NCBI GenBank assembly: GCA_944377465.1
Contig: CALWFA010000003.1
Location: forward strand, 1 to 32,867
Length of the DNA stretch: 32,867 nucleotides
Origin: an uncultured Clostridia bacterium
GTDB taxonomy: Bacteria > Bacillota > Clostridia > Christensenellales > UBA1242
Reading direction: 5' to 3'
The notes beneath the pieces were generated by a model. That model was not told the origin of the DNA. It saw only the letters and a program-made list of their open reading frames with translations, and made no database searches. Position 1 is the stretch's first letter, and the number at the start of each line of letters is the position of its first letter. Shown piece by piece: positions 1 to 10,418 of this stretch. The translations under genes and the position numbers were made by a program.

Positions 1-13
1 ATGTCTTTGTTTA

Positions 14-1255
14 TTATTCCCATATTGATTTGATAGCGTTCATTAGACCAATCTTCCCATGTGCATAACTAAGAGAACCTTGCAAATATCCTGCATATGG
101 CTCGCGCATAGGACCATCACAACTAAGCTCGATGCTACTTCCTTGATTAAAACTGCCACTAGCCATAATAATCAAATCTTCATATCCATCCATCTCCCCT
201 GCTTCTAAGACTGTGTCGCTATCTATAGCACTCGCAGTCTGTATGGCACGAGTAAATTTTACTAATTTATCTTTGTCCTTAAAATTGATACAACATACAA
301 TATCGCTAATTGGATCATCGATTTTTGGTGTGGTAGTATACCCCATTTTAGTCAAAGCAAGACTAGCCAGTAAAACCAGTTTCTTTGCTTGAGCTACCAC
401 ATGCGGTGACAAGAAGACTCCTTCAAAAAATGATTTATATCCTGGCTCATAAGATCCTGTGTCAACTCCCAATGCAGGGCTGGTCATTTTATATGAAATC
501 AGCTCTATTAGCTCACTCTTACCTGCTATGTATCCTCCTGTAGGAGCAATGCCCCCACCCATGTTCTTTAATAGTGAGCCAATCACTAAATCTGCTCCGA
601 CATCTGTGGGCTCTTTAGTCTCAGTAAACTCGCCATAACAATTATCTACTACTATATACGCTTTTGATACAGAGCGAATGATTTTGATAATATTTTCTAT
701 TTGCAGAATCGTCAATGCATTGCGTAGCGAATATCCTCTAGATCGCTGAATATATATTAGTTTGGGCTTTAACTTCCGTATTGCCTTTAGTACTCTATCC
801 TTATCAAAGTCATTATTTACTAAGTCTACTTCATGATACTTGATATGATAGTCTTTCAACGACCCTACATCCTTCCCTTCTACTCCATATATCACCTGCT
901 TTAAAGTATCATAAGGCGTCCCAGATATACACAGCATACAATCATTTGGACGCAGGATACCTAATAGAGATTGACTAATAGCCTCAGTCCCACAGCTAAT
1001 AAGCGGAGACACAAAAGCACTTTCTGTGTGGAAAATGTCAGCAAAAACTGCAGATAGTTTTTCCTTGCCTATATCATTGTGCCCATATCCGCTACTACCA
1101 ATAAAATGATAAGATTGTATTTTATTTTTATTAAAGGCGTTTAAGACTTTTAATTGATTTTGAAATTCTACTGAATCAATCTCGTCAAATCTTGCCTTAC
1201 ATTCTTTTTCGCAATCATTCAAAAAATTTATAATTTTATCATCTATCTCTATCAT
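14..1255 (-). CDS. ynbB: PLP-dependent methionine gamma-lyase family protein (YnbB / 'aluminium resistance' family)
   Basis: 413 aa. Motifs GYGHNDIG, ISGTPYDTL, IQRSRGYS, VDNCYGEF, PLP-lysine GSLLKNMGGG and SSIELSCDGP. SD AAGGAG upstream. Usual position downstream of miaA. Confidence 0.9.
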   Translation of the reverse strand: MIEIDDKIINFLNDCEKECKARFDEIDSVEFQNQLKVLNAFNKNKIQSYHFIGSSGYGHNDIGKEKLSAVFADIFHTESAFVSPLISCGTEAISQSLLGILRPNDCMLCISGTPYDTLKQVIYGVEGKDVGSLKDYHIKYHEVDLVNNDFDKDRVLKAIRKLKPKLIYIQRSRGYSLRNALTILQIENIIKIIRSVSKAYIVVDNCYGEFTETKEPTDVGADLVIGSLLKNMGGGIAPTGGYIAGKSELIELISYKMTSPALGVDTGSYEPGYKSFFEGVFLSPHVVAQAKKLVLLASLALTKMGYTTTPKIDDPISDIVCCINFKDKDKLVKFTRAIQTASAIDSDTVLEAGEMDGYEDLIIMASGSFNQGSSIELSCDGPMREPYAGYLQGSLSYAHGKIGLMNAIKSIWE

Positions 1256-2150
1256 TTAAAAACTCCTTAATTCGCTTACTCGCCTGCTCCACCGTGCATA
1301 TTTCTATATTTGGAATAGTCTTCATAAATGTCAACTGTCTTTTGCAATAGTTTCTAGTGTGTTGTTTTATTAGATCGATCAATTTATCATAATCTATTTT
1401 TCCTTCGAAATAATCAAACCATTCCTTATATCCTATCGAATTCATCGAATGAGTCTCTCTTGTAGCTCCTCGCTTGATCAAATCTCGAACTTCTGTCTCA
1501 AGACCCATATCTATCATATGATCTACTCTGTCGTTAATTTTCGCATATATTTTCTCTCGCTCATCTATTATCCCTAATAACAACACATCATAATCTTTTA
1601 AAATGCTATCATCTGTCTTGTTCACTTGATCCTGATCGCCATTTTGAGCGATCTCTAGATAACGGATCACTCGCTTTATGTTATTTGGATGTACTTTGCT
1701 TGCTAGATCTGGATCTATTTTATTTAAAAGATCCCAAACATATTGATTACCTTTCTCTTGGGACACATGCTCGTATCTATCTCGAAATTTAATATCAGAT
1801 TTCGCTCCACCTAATGAATAACCACTCACTAATGCTTTGATATACATACCTGTGCCACCGACAATAATCGGCAATTTATCTCGCTTCACTATCTTATCTA
1901 AAGCGTCAGCGGTATCATTGATAAAGTCACCTACATTATAATCTTCGTCAAAATCTCTGATATCTATCAAATGATGCGGAACAATAGACATCTCGTCCTT
2001 GCCAATTTTCGCACTGCCGATGTCTAAGCCTCTATATATTTGTACACTATCAGCGGATATAATCTCGCCATTATATTTTTCTGCAATATTGATCGCTAAG
2101 TCACTCTTCCCGCTACAAGTGAGTCCTGTAATAATTATCACCTTTTTCAT
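1239..2150 (-). CDS. miaA: tRNA dimethylallyltransferase
   Basis: P-loop GLTCSGKS, ISADSVQIYRGLDIGSAK, PHHLID, VGGTGMY, HPNNIKRVIR, IGYKE and TRNYCKRQLT. Follows mutL. Confidence 0.97.
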   Translation of the reverse strand: MKKVIIITGLTCSGKSDLAINIAEKYNGEIISADSVQIYRGLDIGSAKIGKDEMSIVPHHLIDIRDFDEDYNVGDFINDTADALDKIVKRDKLPIIVGGTGMYIKALVSGYSLGGAKSDIKFRDRYEHVSQEKGNQYVWDLLNKIDPDLASKVHPNNIKRVIRYLEIAQNGDQDQVNKTDDSILKDYDVLLLGIIDEREKIYAKINDRVDHMIDMGLETEVRDLIKRGATRETHSMNSIGYKEWFDYFEGKIDYDKLIDLIKQHTRNYCKRQLTFMKTIPNIEICTVEQASKRIKEFLNDRDR

Positions 2151-4093
2151 ACTATGCGTTTAAACCACTTTTCTATTTGCTGGCGAGATATTACTGTCAA
2201 AATCGGCCTACCATGTGGACATAACAGGACTGGATTATTAATATCAAGATTTTTAAGCAACTCTTTTATCTCCATTTCACTTAGACTCATTCCCGATTTC
2301 ACACTACTTTTGCATGCTTTTTGCATTAGATAGTGCCTAATTTCATTATTCATATTCGGCTTTAGATTTTTCATGTCGTGGATTAGATCATCTACAAAAT
2401 CTTTTAAACTAATGTTCTTTAATTGCATAGGTACTGAATTGATTATTATCTTTTTATCGCCAAAGGAATCGATATCAAACCCTATCTCGTTTAACTCATC
2501 CTTTAAGGAAAGTATGAAATCGACTTCCGTCTCTGTCATTTCTTGCGTATAAGGTATTAGCAAATCTTGGACTATAACCTGCCTATTCTCTACCATTCTA
2601 GTAAATTTATCATAGTTTAGACGCTCATGACCAGCATGAAAATCTAGCAAAAGCATATTTTCGCCTTTCTCCAAAATGATAAATTCGTCGAAAATCTCAC
2701 CTACGATTTTATAATCTAAGTAATCTTCTACCATCTTATAAGGGTCAGCTGATTGTGTAGTTACTGAATTTTTCTCTTCAAGGTTTTCCTTAGCTACATT
2801 ATCATATATATCATATTGTTCAATATTTTCAGTGTCTTTGGAAGCGACTATAGAAGTACCCGTATCGGAATTATTAGAAGCGACAGGTGTATTAGTATCA
2901 CTAGTCGCGCGAGTCTTTAGATCAAATATCGTAATCGGAGTATACGAAGTTTGTTTTAGGTTCACGCTACGATCGCTATTCGTACTGATATAATTCGGCT
3001 CCAATGAGACTTCTTTTAACGAATTAAGATCTGTCTTAATTAGTGTTTCACTAACATTATTTGATGCTGATAGATCTTCTGCATCATTTGCCTTTTTAGT
3101 ACTTGGATTGATAGCTTGATAGATCGCTGAACGAACTGCTGTGTATACTAAATCATAAATTCTGCTAGGGTTTGCAAATTTTACATTTATTTTACTAGGG
3201 TGGACATTAACATCTACATCTACTGCAGGCATAGTAAGGTTCAATACATAGAATGGAAACTGTCGCGACATCAAATATTCTTCGAAAGCCATATAGACAG
3301 CTTTTGAAACAATTTCGTCGATGACATATCTATTGTTGATCATAAGCGTCTGATAGGTTGTATTGGGCTTGCTATAGCCAATCTTCGATACATATCCAGT
3401 CAGTCTTAAATTTCCTACCGTTTTATCAATAGGCATAATATTTTGTGTAGCTTCTTCACCATATACACAATAAATAGCGTCCAATAAAGAACTACCAACC
3501 GTTTGATATACTGTCCTATCGTCTGCGATATACTTAAAGTTTATATCCGGTTGTGCCAATATATATCGAGATATAATATTTGTGATTTGATTTTCCTCTT
3601 GCTTTGGGCGTTTTAAAAACTTTCTTCTAGCTGGCGTATTGTAAAACAAATTATTGACTTCTATCTTAGTACCTGTCTCACTCGTAGCAGGCATAATCTC
3701 ATGAAACTCCCCACCATTGACATCAATACTATACGCACAGTCACTCATTTCAGTCTTTGTGACCATATTTGTCATACTGACATTTGAGATACTAGCCAGT
3801 GCCTCGCCTCGAAATCCAAGAGTCATTATGGCATCTAAATCTTCTAAATCTTTTATTTTACTAGTAGCATGTGGCAAAAAAGCCTTTTTAATATCATCCA
3901 GCTCTATTCCTTTACCATTATCTTTTACAATAATAGAATCAATCCCGCCATTTTTTATCTCTATAGTAATTTTGGTCGCTCCAGCATCTAACGAGTTATC
4001 TATCAGTTCTTTAACGATTGAAAAAGGGCTTTCTACCACTTCGCCGGCAGAAATTCTATTAATAACCATGCTATCTAGTATATTTATAGCCAT
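2147..4093 (-). CDS. mutL: DNA mismatch repair endonuclease MutL
   Basis: ISAGEVVE, KELIDNSLDAGA, GFRGEALASI, LFYNTPARRKFL and DVNVHPSK. C-terminal ACK, CPHGRP and FKR motifs. SD AAGGAG. Confidence 0.97.
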   Translation of the reverse strand: MAINILDSMVINRISAGEVVESPFSIVKELIDNSLDAGATKITIEIKNGGIDSIIVKDNGKGIELDDIKKAFLPHATSKIKDLEDLDAIMTLGFRGEALASISNVSMTNMVTKTEMSDCAYSIDVNGGEFHEIMPATSETGTKIEVNNLFYNTPARRKFLKRPKQEENQITNIISRYILAQPDINFKYIADDRTVYQTVGSSLLDAIYCVYGEEATQNIMPIDKTVGNLRLTGYVSKIGYSKPNTTYQTLMINNRYVIDEIVSKAVYMAFEEYLMSRQFPFYVLNLTMPAVDVDVNVHPSKINVKFANPSRIYDLVYTAVRSAIYQAINPSTKKANDAEDLSASNNVSETLIKTDLNSLKEVSLEPNYISTNSDRSVNLKQTSYTPITIFDLKTRATSDTNTPVASNNSDTGTSIVASKDTENIEQYDIYDNVAKENLEEKNSVTTQSADPYKMVEDYLDYKIVGEIFDEFIILEKGENMLLLDFHAGHERLNYDKFTRMVENRQVIVQDLLIPYTQEMTETEVDFILSLKDELNEIGFDIDSFGDKKIIINSVPMQLKNISLKDFVDDLIHDMKNLKPNMNNEIRHYLMQKACKSSVKSGMSLSEMEIKELLKNLDINNPVLLCPHGRPILTVISRQQIEKWFKRIV

Positions 4094-4114
4094 ATATCTC
4101 CTTAATTTTTCTTA

Positions 4115-6694
4115 TCATTTCACTAATTCTACAAGGTGCACCAGCGTGTCAAATGCGGTCAATGGAGAAAGTTTGTTCACATCGATATCTTTTAATGTAT
4201 CGATGATTTCACTCTCCACCTGTACCTGATCATTAATTTTTTCGCTTTCAAACTCTTTTATAAGCTCTTTAGCTCTATTGACGATGCTCTCTGGTAAACC
4301 TGCTAAACTAGCAACTTCTATACCATAGCTTCGAGTCGCACTACCACGCATGATTTTACGCAAGAATACTAGTTTACCGCCTATTTCTTTGATTGATATG
4401 CAGAAATTCTTTACACCCTCATATAGACCTTCTAGTTGCATTAACTCATGATAGTGTGTAGCAAATAGAGTCTTTGCTTTTAAGTTTTTGGACAAATACT
4501 CTACGACCGCCCATGCGATAGACAGTCCATCAAATGTCGAAGTCCCTCTACCTACTTCATCTAGAATGATCAGACTATTGTTTGTACAATAATTTAGAAT
4601 ATTTGCGACTTCTATCATCTCAACCATGAAAGTCGATTGCCCTACAGACAGATCATCACTGGCTCCTATACGAGTGAAAATCCTATCTATAATACAAATA
4701 TCTGCACTGCTAGCTGGTACGAAGCTCCCTATATGCGCTAGATATGTGATAAGGGCAACTTGACGCATGAAAGTCGATTTACCTGCCATGTTTGGTCCGG
4801 TCAAAATCATAGTGCGTTGCTCGGCGTCGTTTAGCTTGCAATCATTAGGAATGAAATCCTGTCCTTTCATCATCTTCTCTACTACTGGATGACGCCCAGC
4901 TACTATATTGATCTGTTTGCCTTCAGTAATATTAGGCTTGCAATAATCATTCTCAACTGCCACAGTGCTAAGTGAGTAGATACAATCCACCACTGAGATG
5001 ATGTTTGCGACCTGTTGCATAATCTCTGTATTATTTAGTAGTTGCTCTTTTAGGTTAGCAAATATCTGAGACTCTAGCTTAATAGCATCTTCGTGACTGG
5101 TCAGCACTTCTTCTTCGAATTTTTTTAGTTCTTCTGTGATATATCTCTCATTGTTTGAGATCGTTTGCTTTCGGATATAATTAAAAGGCACCAGATCACT
5201 ATACATTTTATTTACTTCTAGATAGTATCCAAATACTTTATTATAGCCGATCTTTAGATTTTTGATGCCTGTTTTCTCTCGCTCATTGTTTTGTATTTGC
5301 AATATATAATCTTCTGCATTTCGCTTCAAATCTCGTAATCTATCTAGCGAAGAATTAAAGCCCGGTCTAATGTATCCGCCGTCTTTCATAAGTGCTGGTG
5401 GTGAATCGATGATAGTAGCATTGATTAGATCTGATATTGCTGTGGTATCGACGAGATTATTTGATAGTCTCATTAATTGCTCATTATTAGTACGATTGAG
5501 CACAGTCTTAATATTCGGAGTCTCAGCCAATGATGTAGCTAGCGCTAGGCAATCCTTAGGCGTGAGATTACCATACGCGATTTTACCCACTATTCTTTCA
5601 ATATCCTGCACTTTGGATAAGCAATTCTTTAGATCGGCACGAGAAAGTGCATCATTACATAGTGCCTCTACCATATCTAATCTATCATTTATGGCGTTCT
5701 TGTCTTGCAACGGCTGTCTCAGCCAGTTTCTCAGCATTCTAGACCCACCATTTGTACAAGTCTTGTCTATCACCCATAATAGACTACCATATTTGGAATT
5801 TTCTCGCATTGTCTGCTCTATTTCGAGATTTCTACGAGTGTTTGTGTCTATGTACATAAATTGTTCATCGCGTAATAATCTAGGCATCTTTATGTGCTTT
5901 AGCTCGCGTTTTTGAGTCTCAAGGAAATATTCAAGCAATGCACCCACGGCTATGACGCAGTTTTTCGAGTCAAAATCATAACCTTTTATAGACTTTATAT
6001 TATATTGCTTTAATACTGTCTTTTCCGCATCATAATAATTAAAAGCCCATTCATAATAAGCACTGAAGCGAAATTTAGTATTTGATTGTACGCAAGGCAG
6101 ATCATTTGATGCAGAGAGCATCTCTGCGTTGCATATGATTTCTGACGGCATGACGCGTACGATTTGGTCATTGATATATCCGAGCCAATTTTCTCCAGAA
6201 TACTCTGACACATATATTTCACCAGTAGAGATATCACTATATGCATAAGATATAGTGTTTTTTGACTTGTATATACACATTATATATGTATTACAATTTT
6301 CAATCAGCATTGAACTATCTATCACAGTACCAGGAGTAATCACACGGACGACATCTCGACGAACAAGCTTTTTACCAGGCTGTTCCATCTGCTCACAGAT
6401 AGCGACTTTGTAGCCTCTCTCTATTAATTTCTGCACATAACTCTCATAAGCATGGTAAGGTACTCCACACATAGGAGCGCGCTCCGCTCTAGAGCAATCC
6501 TTTCCTGTAAGAGTCAAATCTAATTCTTTACTAGCAATTATCGCGTCTTCATTAAACATCTCATAGAAGTCCCCGAGACGAAAGAATAGAATACAATCTT
6601 TGTATTCTTCTTTTAGGGCTTCATATTGGGTGATCATTGGTGAGCCATCTTTGTTATTAGTCTTTTTTTTATCATTCGTCGTATCTACACTCAT
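4115..6694 (-). CDS. mutS: DNA mismatch repair protein MutS (MutS1)
   Basis: FRLGDFYEMF mismatch-recognition motif, APMCGVPYH, Walker A TGPNMAGKST, STFMVEM, Walker B LDEVGRGTS, FATHYHEL and SYGIEVA. Confidence 0.98.
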   Translation of the reverse strand: MSVDTTNDKKKTNNKDGSPMITQYEALKEEYKDCILFFRLGDFYEMFNEDAIIASKELDLTLTGKDCSRAERAPMCGVPYHAYESYVQKLIERGYKVAICEQMEQPGKKLVRRDVVRVITPGTVIDSSMLIENCNTYIMCIYKSKNTISYAYSDISTGEIYVSEYSGENWLGYINDQIVRVMPSEIICNAEMLSASNDLPCVQSNTKFRFSAYYEWAFNYYDAEKTVLKQYNIKSIKGYDFDSKNCVIAVGALLEYFLETQKRELKHIKMPRLLRDEQFMYIDTNTRRNLEIEQTMRENSKYGSLLWVIDKTCTNGGSRMLRNWLRQPLQDKNAINDRLDMVEALCNDALSRADLKNCLSKVQDIERIVGKIAYGNLTPKDCLALATSLAETPNIKTVLNRTNNEQLMRLSNNLVDTTAISDLINATIIDSPPALMKDGGYIRPGFNSSLDRLRDLKRNAEDYILQIQNNEREKTGIKNLKIGYNKVFGYYLEVNKMYSDLVPFNYIRKQTISNNERYITEELKKFEEEVLTSHEDAIKLESQIFANLKEQLLNNTEIMQQVANIISVVDCIYSLSTVAVENDYCKPNITEGKQINIVAGRHPVVEKMMKGQDFIPNDCKLNDAEQRTMILTGPNMAGKSTFMRQVALITYLAHIGSFVPASSADICIIDRIFTRIGASDDLSVGQSTFMVEMIEVANILNYCTNNSLIILDEVGRGTSTFDGLSIAWAVVEYLSKNLKAKTLFATHYHELMQLEGLYEGVKNFCISIKEIGGKLVFLRKIMRGSATRSYGIEVASLAGLPESIVNRAKELIKEFESEKINDQVQVESEIIDTLKDIDVNKLSPLTAFDTLVHLVELVK

Positions 6695-8052
6695 TTAATT
6701 ACTCCCGATAGCTTATGATTTCTTATATTTTCGACTTTTACGGGTGCGAAATAATTTTGATTTACATATTTATAACCTGGGATATAGATCTCTTTCCCAC
6801 CGTCAGTGATGCCCACAGCCACACCATTGATATGGCGTATCAGACAATCATAGGTCTTATTAAAATATTTCTTAATCTGCTCCTTTTGGATCATTTTTTG
6901 TAATCTTAATAGTTTATTGAGTCTGACATTTTTTTCTTTCTCATCTATTTGATTTTCAAAGGTAGCTGCTGGTGTACCCGTTCGCTTTGAGTACATGAAA
7001 GCAAACACTTGATCAAATTTTACTTTCTTTAATAGCTTTAATGTCATCTCAAAATCTCGTACTGTCTCACCTGGGAAGCCTACTATAATATCCGTAGACA
7101 AAGAGATATTTGGTATCGCACGCTTTATTCTCTTGATTATCCCCATATAATGTTTAACATTATAATGACGATTCATCTTTGCTAGGATTCGACTGCTACC
7201 TGACTGGACCGGCAGATGCAGGGTCTTCGCCACCTTATATTCTGTCTTCATTACTTTGATAATATCGTCAGTAAAGTCCATAGGATGCGATGTCATAAAT
7301 TTGATCTTAAAGTCACCTTCTATGGTGCAAAGATATTTCAATAGCTCTGCAAAAGACATCGGATATTTTAGATCTTTGCCATATGAATTCACATTTTGAC
7401 CTAACAAGGTGATATACTTATAGCCTTGATTTTGTACCAAATCCCGCACTTCTAGATAAATATCTTGTGGCAATCTACTGCTCTCTCTCCCGCGGACATA
7501 TGGCACTATACAATATGTGCAAAATTTATTGCAACCATATATAATATTGACATACGCATTGAGATGATCGTCGCGAATTGCTTTCGCGTTATCCATACCT
7601 GTGACAGGCTTTTCAATGATGTCATAAATTTGTTCGCCAGTAATGGCGTGCTTTAGCAAATATTGATCCAGCATATTCATATTATGAGTGCCGATTATAA
7701 TGTCTACAAAAGGCAATTTCTCCTTAAGATTATATTTGCCTTTTTTTTGCTGTGGCATACAACCACACATGACTATTACTTTGCTAGGATCTTGCTCTTT
7801 GATAGGCTTCAAGGCAATCACATTGTTATATGCCCTATCTTCCGCCCCTTCTCTAATGCAACATGTGTTAAAAACTATGACATCCGCCTTATCGATGTCT
7901 TCTGTCTCACTCATATTCAACACTGACAAAATACCACGAAGCTTCTCTGACTCGTGTACATTCATCTGACAGCCATAAGTCACTATGTGATATTTTTTCC
8001 CTTGATAACTATTGCTAACTATCTGAGAATTTTCCTTTTGTACACTTTTCAT
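6691..8052 (-). CDS. miaB: tRNA-2-methylthio-N6-dimethylallyladenosine synthase (radical SAM methylthiotransferase)
   Basis: TYGCQMNVHESE, NTCCIRE, CNKFCTYC (CxxxCxxC), LLGQNVNSYG, HLPVQSGS and DIIVGFPGE. Start placed at ATG 8052 because the ORF-track TTG at 8091 is the promoter -35 box. Confidence 0.95.
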   Translation of the reverse strand: MKSVQKENSQIVSNSYQGKKYHIVTYGCQMNVHESEKLRGILSVLNMSETEDIDKADVIVFNTCCIREGAEDRAYNNVIALKPIKEQDPSKVIVMCGCMPQQKKGKYNLKEKLPFVDIIIGTHNMNMLDQYLLKHAITGEQIYDIIEKPVTGMDNAKAIRDDHLNAYVNIIYGCNKFCTYCIVPYVRGRESSRLPQDIYLEVRDLVQNQGYKYITLLGQNVNSYGKDLKYPMSFAELLKYLCTIEGDFKIKFMTSHPMDFTDDIIKVMKTEYKVAKTLHLPVQSGSSRILAKMNRHYNVKHYMGIIKRIKRAIPNISLSTDIIVGFPGETVRDFEMTLKLLKKVKFDQVFAFMYSKRTGTPAATFENQIDEKEKNVRLNKLLRLQKMIQKEQIKKYFNKTYDCLIRHINGVAVGITDGGKEIYIPGYKYVNQNYFAPVKVENIRNHKLSGVIK

Positions 8053-8062
8053 AGTATTAATT

Positions 8063-8091
8063 ATTATAATATAATATAAAGTATTTTTCAA
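8063..8091 (-). promoter_or_regulatory. sigma-A promoter of the miaB-mutS-mutL-miaA-ynbB operon
   Basis: TTGAAA-17 bp-TATAAT on the minus strand, 10 nt before the ATG at 8052. Confidence 0.75.
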
Positions 8092-8107
8092 CTAATTTCG
8101 CATTTTA

Positions 8108-8137
8108 GTTATGAAAAATCTCATTTTGCAAATACTA
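8108..8137 (+). promoter_or_regulatory. Putative forespore sigma-F/sigma-G-type promoter of the PBP gene
   Basis: GTTAT-15 bp-GCAAATACTA (sigma-F-like), or TTATG-17 bp-AATACTA (sigma-G-like). Ends 5 nt before the ATG at 8143. Confidence 0.4.
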
Positions 8138-8142
8138 GATTG

Positions 8143-10398
8143 ATGAAAAATACGACACGACAAAAATTAAAAAAGGTAATAATGATAATATCGATTCTGA
8201 TATGTCTCATCTTTTTGTCAGGGCTAATAACTGTCTCAGTGATTTACAATAAATATGACCTAGACATAAATAGATTGACTAGCACAAATAATGGTGTAAA
8301 AGTATATAGTGCAAACGGCAAAGATAGCACACTTTACAATACTAATCGGTCGATTATAGAGATCGAGGCTCTGCCAAAATATGTATTAGATGCTTTTATT
8401 GATACAGAGGACAAGAGATTTTATTCACACAACGGCTACGACCTTAAGCGTATAGTAAAGGCAGGACTAGTAAATATGGTGAATGGATCTAAGTCTCAAG
8501 GAGCATCCACCATTAGCCAACAGCTCATAAAAAACACATTATTAACAAATGAAAAGACCTATTCTAGAAAAATCAAAGAGCTGGTATTGTCTATAAAAAT
8601 GGAAAAACAATTTGAAAAAGATGAAATATTAGAGATGTATCTAAATACAATTTACTTTGGCTCAAACGCATACGGGATAGAAAATGCTAGTAAAATATAT
8701 TTTAATAAATCAGCAAAAGATTTGACTATCAATGAAGCCTGCTGTCTAGCGGGTATTATAAAATCTCCATTGCAATATTCTCCAAAAATAAATTATGAAA
8801 ATTCTCTAAAAAGGAAAAATTTTGTAGCAAAAGCGATGTTTGAGAATGGTAGTATTAGCGAAAAAGATTATAACCAAGTCACCGCTTCCCCTATCGTACT
8901 TTCTGAATATGCCGACTATGACCATTCTTATGAAGAAGAAGCCATATATGAAGCGTGCAGTTTACTAAATATCAGCGAACGAGAGCTTATTAATCGAAAA
9001 TATGAAATAATCACATTCAAAGATGATGACCTACAGGACGCCGTCATTAAAGCAAATACAGATGTCATCATTCCTTGCGAAGAAAAGTATAATAGCAATC
9101 TAGACAGTCTAAATATGGTCATCAGTAATGAAGGGAAGATGCTAGCATACTATGCAGGTAGCAATTTTAATCTACATAATCTAAGACGACAACCAGCATC
9201 TACTCTTAAGCCATTAGCGGTGTATTTGCCATGTATAATACACAATATATTGACACCAGCTACTCCTATATTGGACGAAGAAATCGATTATTCTGGCTTC
9301 TCACCAAAAAATGCAGATAACAAATACCATGGATTAGTGTCGACTCGATACGCCCTGTCTAATTCGTTAAATATCCCAGCAGTCAAAGCATTAGATTATC
9401 TCGGGCTAAATAGATCCTATGATTGTCTACTAGATATGGGTATTAATATAGAAAAATCCGATCTAAATCTTAGTCTAGCTCTAGGAAGTACTAAAAAGGG
9501 TATATATCTAAAAGACCTATTATCCGCCTACTCCATTTTGGCAAATCAAGGTGTAGACAGAGGCATATCGTTTATAGACAAGATCATAGATCCAGAAGGA
9601 AATATTATATATCAGCATACCGATTATCAAAACAGAATATTTGAGGAAGGTGATTGTTTCCTTATCAACGACATGCTAAAGGACACCGCCACTCAAGGTA
9701 GCGCCAAAAGGCTAAATTCTCTATCTATCCCAGTTGCCAGCAAGACTGGTACAGCGTATAATGGAGAAAATAATACGGATATTTATAATATATCTTATAC
9801 AAGTGAGCATACCCTGCTCTGCTGGATCAGTGATCTGAAAGACAACTATCTTCCAGACGGGATGCTTAGCTCTATCGAGACTACTGAAATAAATAAATCA
9901 ATTTTATCTTACCTTTATTCTGACCATTCCCCTGATGATTTCAAACAGCCAGACAATATACATAAATTGCCATATGATATCGTAGAATTAGAAGAAAATC
10001 AGCGTCTAATATCACCTAATGGCATAGCGGAAAGATATATCGCATATGACTATTTTAAAGATGATTACGCTCCAGAATCTATAGACATTGACCACGACTT
10101 TATATTTAGCGTCGCGGTAAATAAGGCAGGCGCTACTATCTCCTTTGACGCAAGGAAAAGTAAATCATATTCTATATATAAAAAGTGTGACGACCAAACT
10201 ATACTACTAGACACGATTTCTAATCAATCTGGAATAGTAGAAATTTTAGATGAAAATATTTTCAAATACTCTGAAGTATCTTATTATATAGAAGATGATA
10301 CCAGCAAATCAGACGAAATCAATATACGACCTAAAGATTATTTAATCAATATAATGAACAAAGAGATTTTGGATCAAAAAAAGAAGTGGTATGTATAG
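8143..10398 (+). CDS. Class A penicillin-binding protein (bifunctional transglycosylase/transpeptidase, PBP1A family)
   Basis: N-terminal basic stretch plus TM helix. GT51 motifs EDKRFYSHNG, GASTISQQLIKN, RKIKE and KDEILEMYLN. Transpeptidase motifs STLK (SxxK), SLN (SxN) and KTG. Confidence 0.93.
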   Translation: MKNTTRQKLKKVIMIISILICLIFLSGLITVSVIYNKYDLDINRLTSTNNGVKVYSANGKDSTLYNTNRSIIEIEALPKYVLDAFIDTEDKRFYSHNGYDLKRIVKAGLVNMVNGSKSQGASTISQQLIKNTLLTNEKTYSRKIKELVLSIKMEKQFEKDEILEMYLNTIYFGSNAYGIENASKIYFNKSAKDLTINEACCLAGIIKSPLQYSPKINYENSLKRKNFVAKAMFENGSISEKDYNQVTASPIVLSEYADYDHSYEEEAIYEACSLLNISERELINRKYEIITFKDDDLQDAVIKANTDVIIPCEEKYNSNLDSLNMVISNEGKMLAYYAGSNFNLHNLRRQPASTLKPLAVYLPCIIHNILTPATPILDEEIDYSGFSPKNADNKYHGLVSTRYALSNSLNIPAVKALDYLGLNRSYDCLLDMGINIEKSDLNLSLALGSTKKGIYLKDLLSAYSILANQGVDRGISFIDKIIDPEGNIIYQHTDYQNRIFEEGDCFLINDMLKDTATQGSAKRLNSLSIPVASKTGTAYNGENNTDIYNISYTSEHTLLCWISDLKDNYLPDGMLSSIETTEINKSILSYLYSDHSPDDFKQPDNIHKLPYDIVELEENQRLISPNGIAERYIAYDYFKDDYAPESIDIDHDFIFSVAVNKAGATISFDARKSKSYSIYKKCDDQTILLDTISNQSGIVEILDENIFKYSEVSYYIEDDTSKSDEINIRPKDYLINIMNKEILDQKKKWYV

Positions 10399-10410
10399 CC
10401 ACTTCTTTCT
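10376..10410. terminator. Bidirectional intrinsic terminator between convergent PBP and glmS
   Basis: AAAGAAGTGG-N9-CCACTTCTTT inverted repeat spanning the PBP stop, with an A-run on the left and T-rich sequence on the right. Confidence 0.7.
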
Positions 10411-10418
10411 ATTATACT

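Noticed and set aside
3717-7969. Plus-strand ORFs (3717-4229, 5370-5915, 6715-6903, 7465-7969) and the alternate-frame ORF 6010-6246
   Set aside because: They lie within mutL, mutS or miaB, have no SD or recognisable motifs, and show the Ser/Ile/Phe-rich composition typical of antisense shadow frames.
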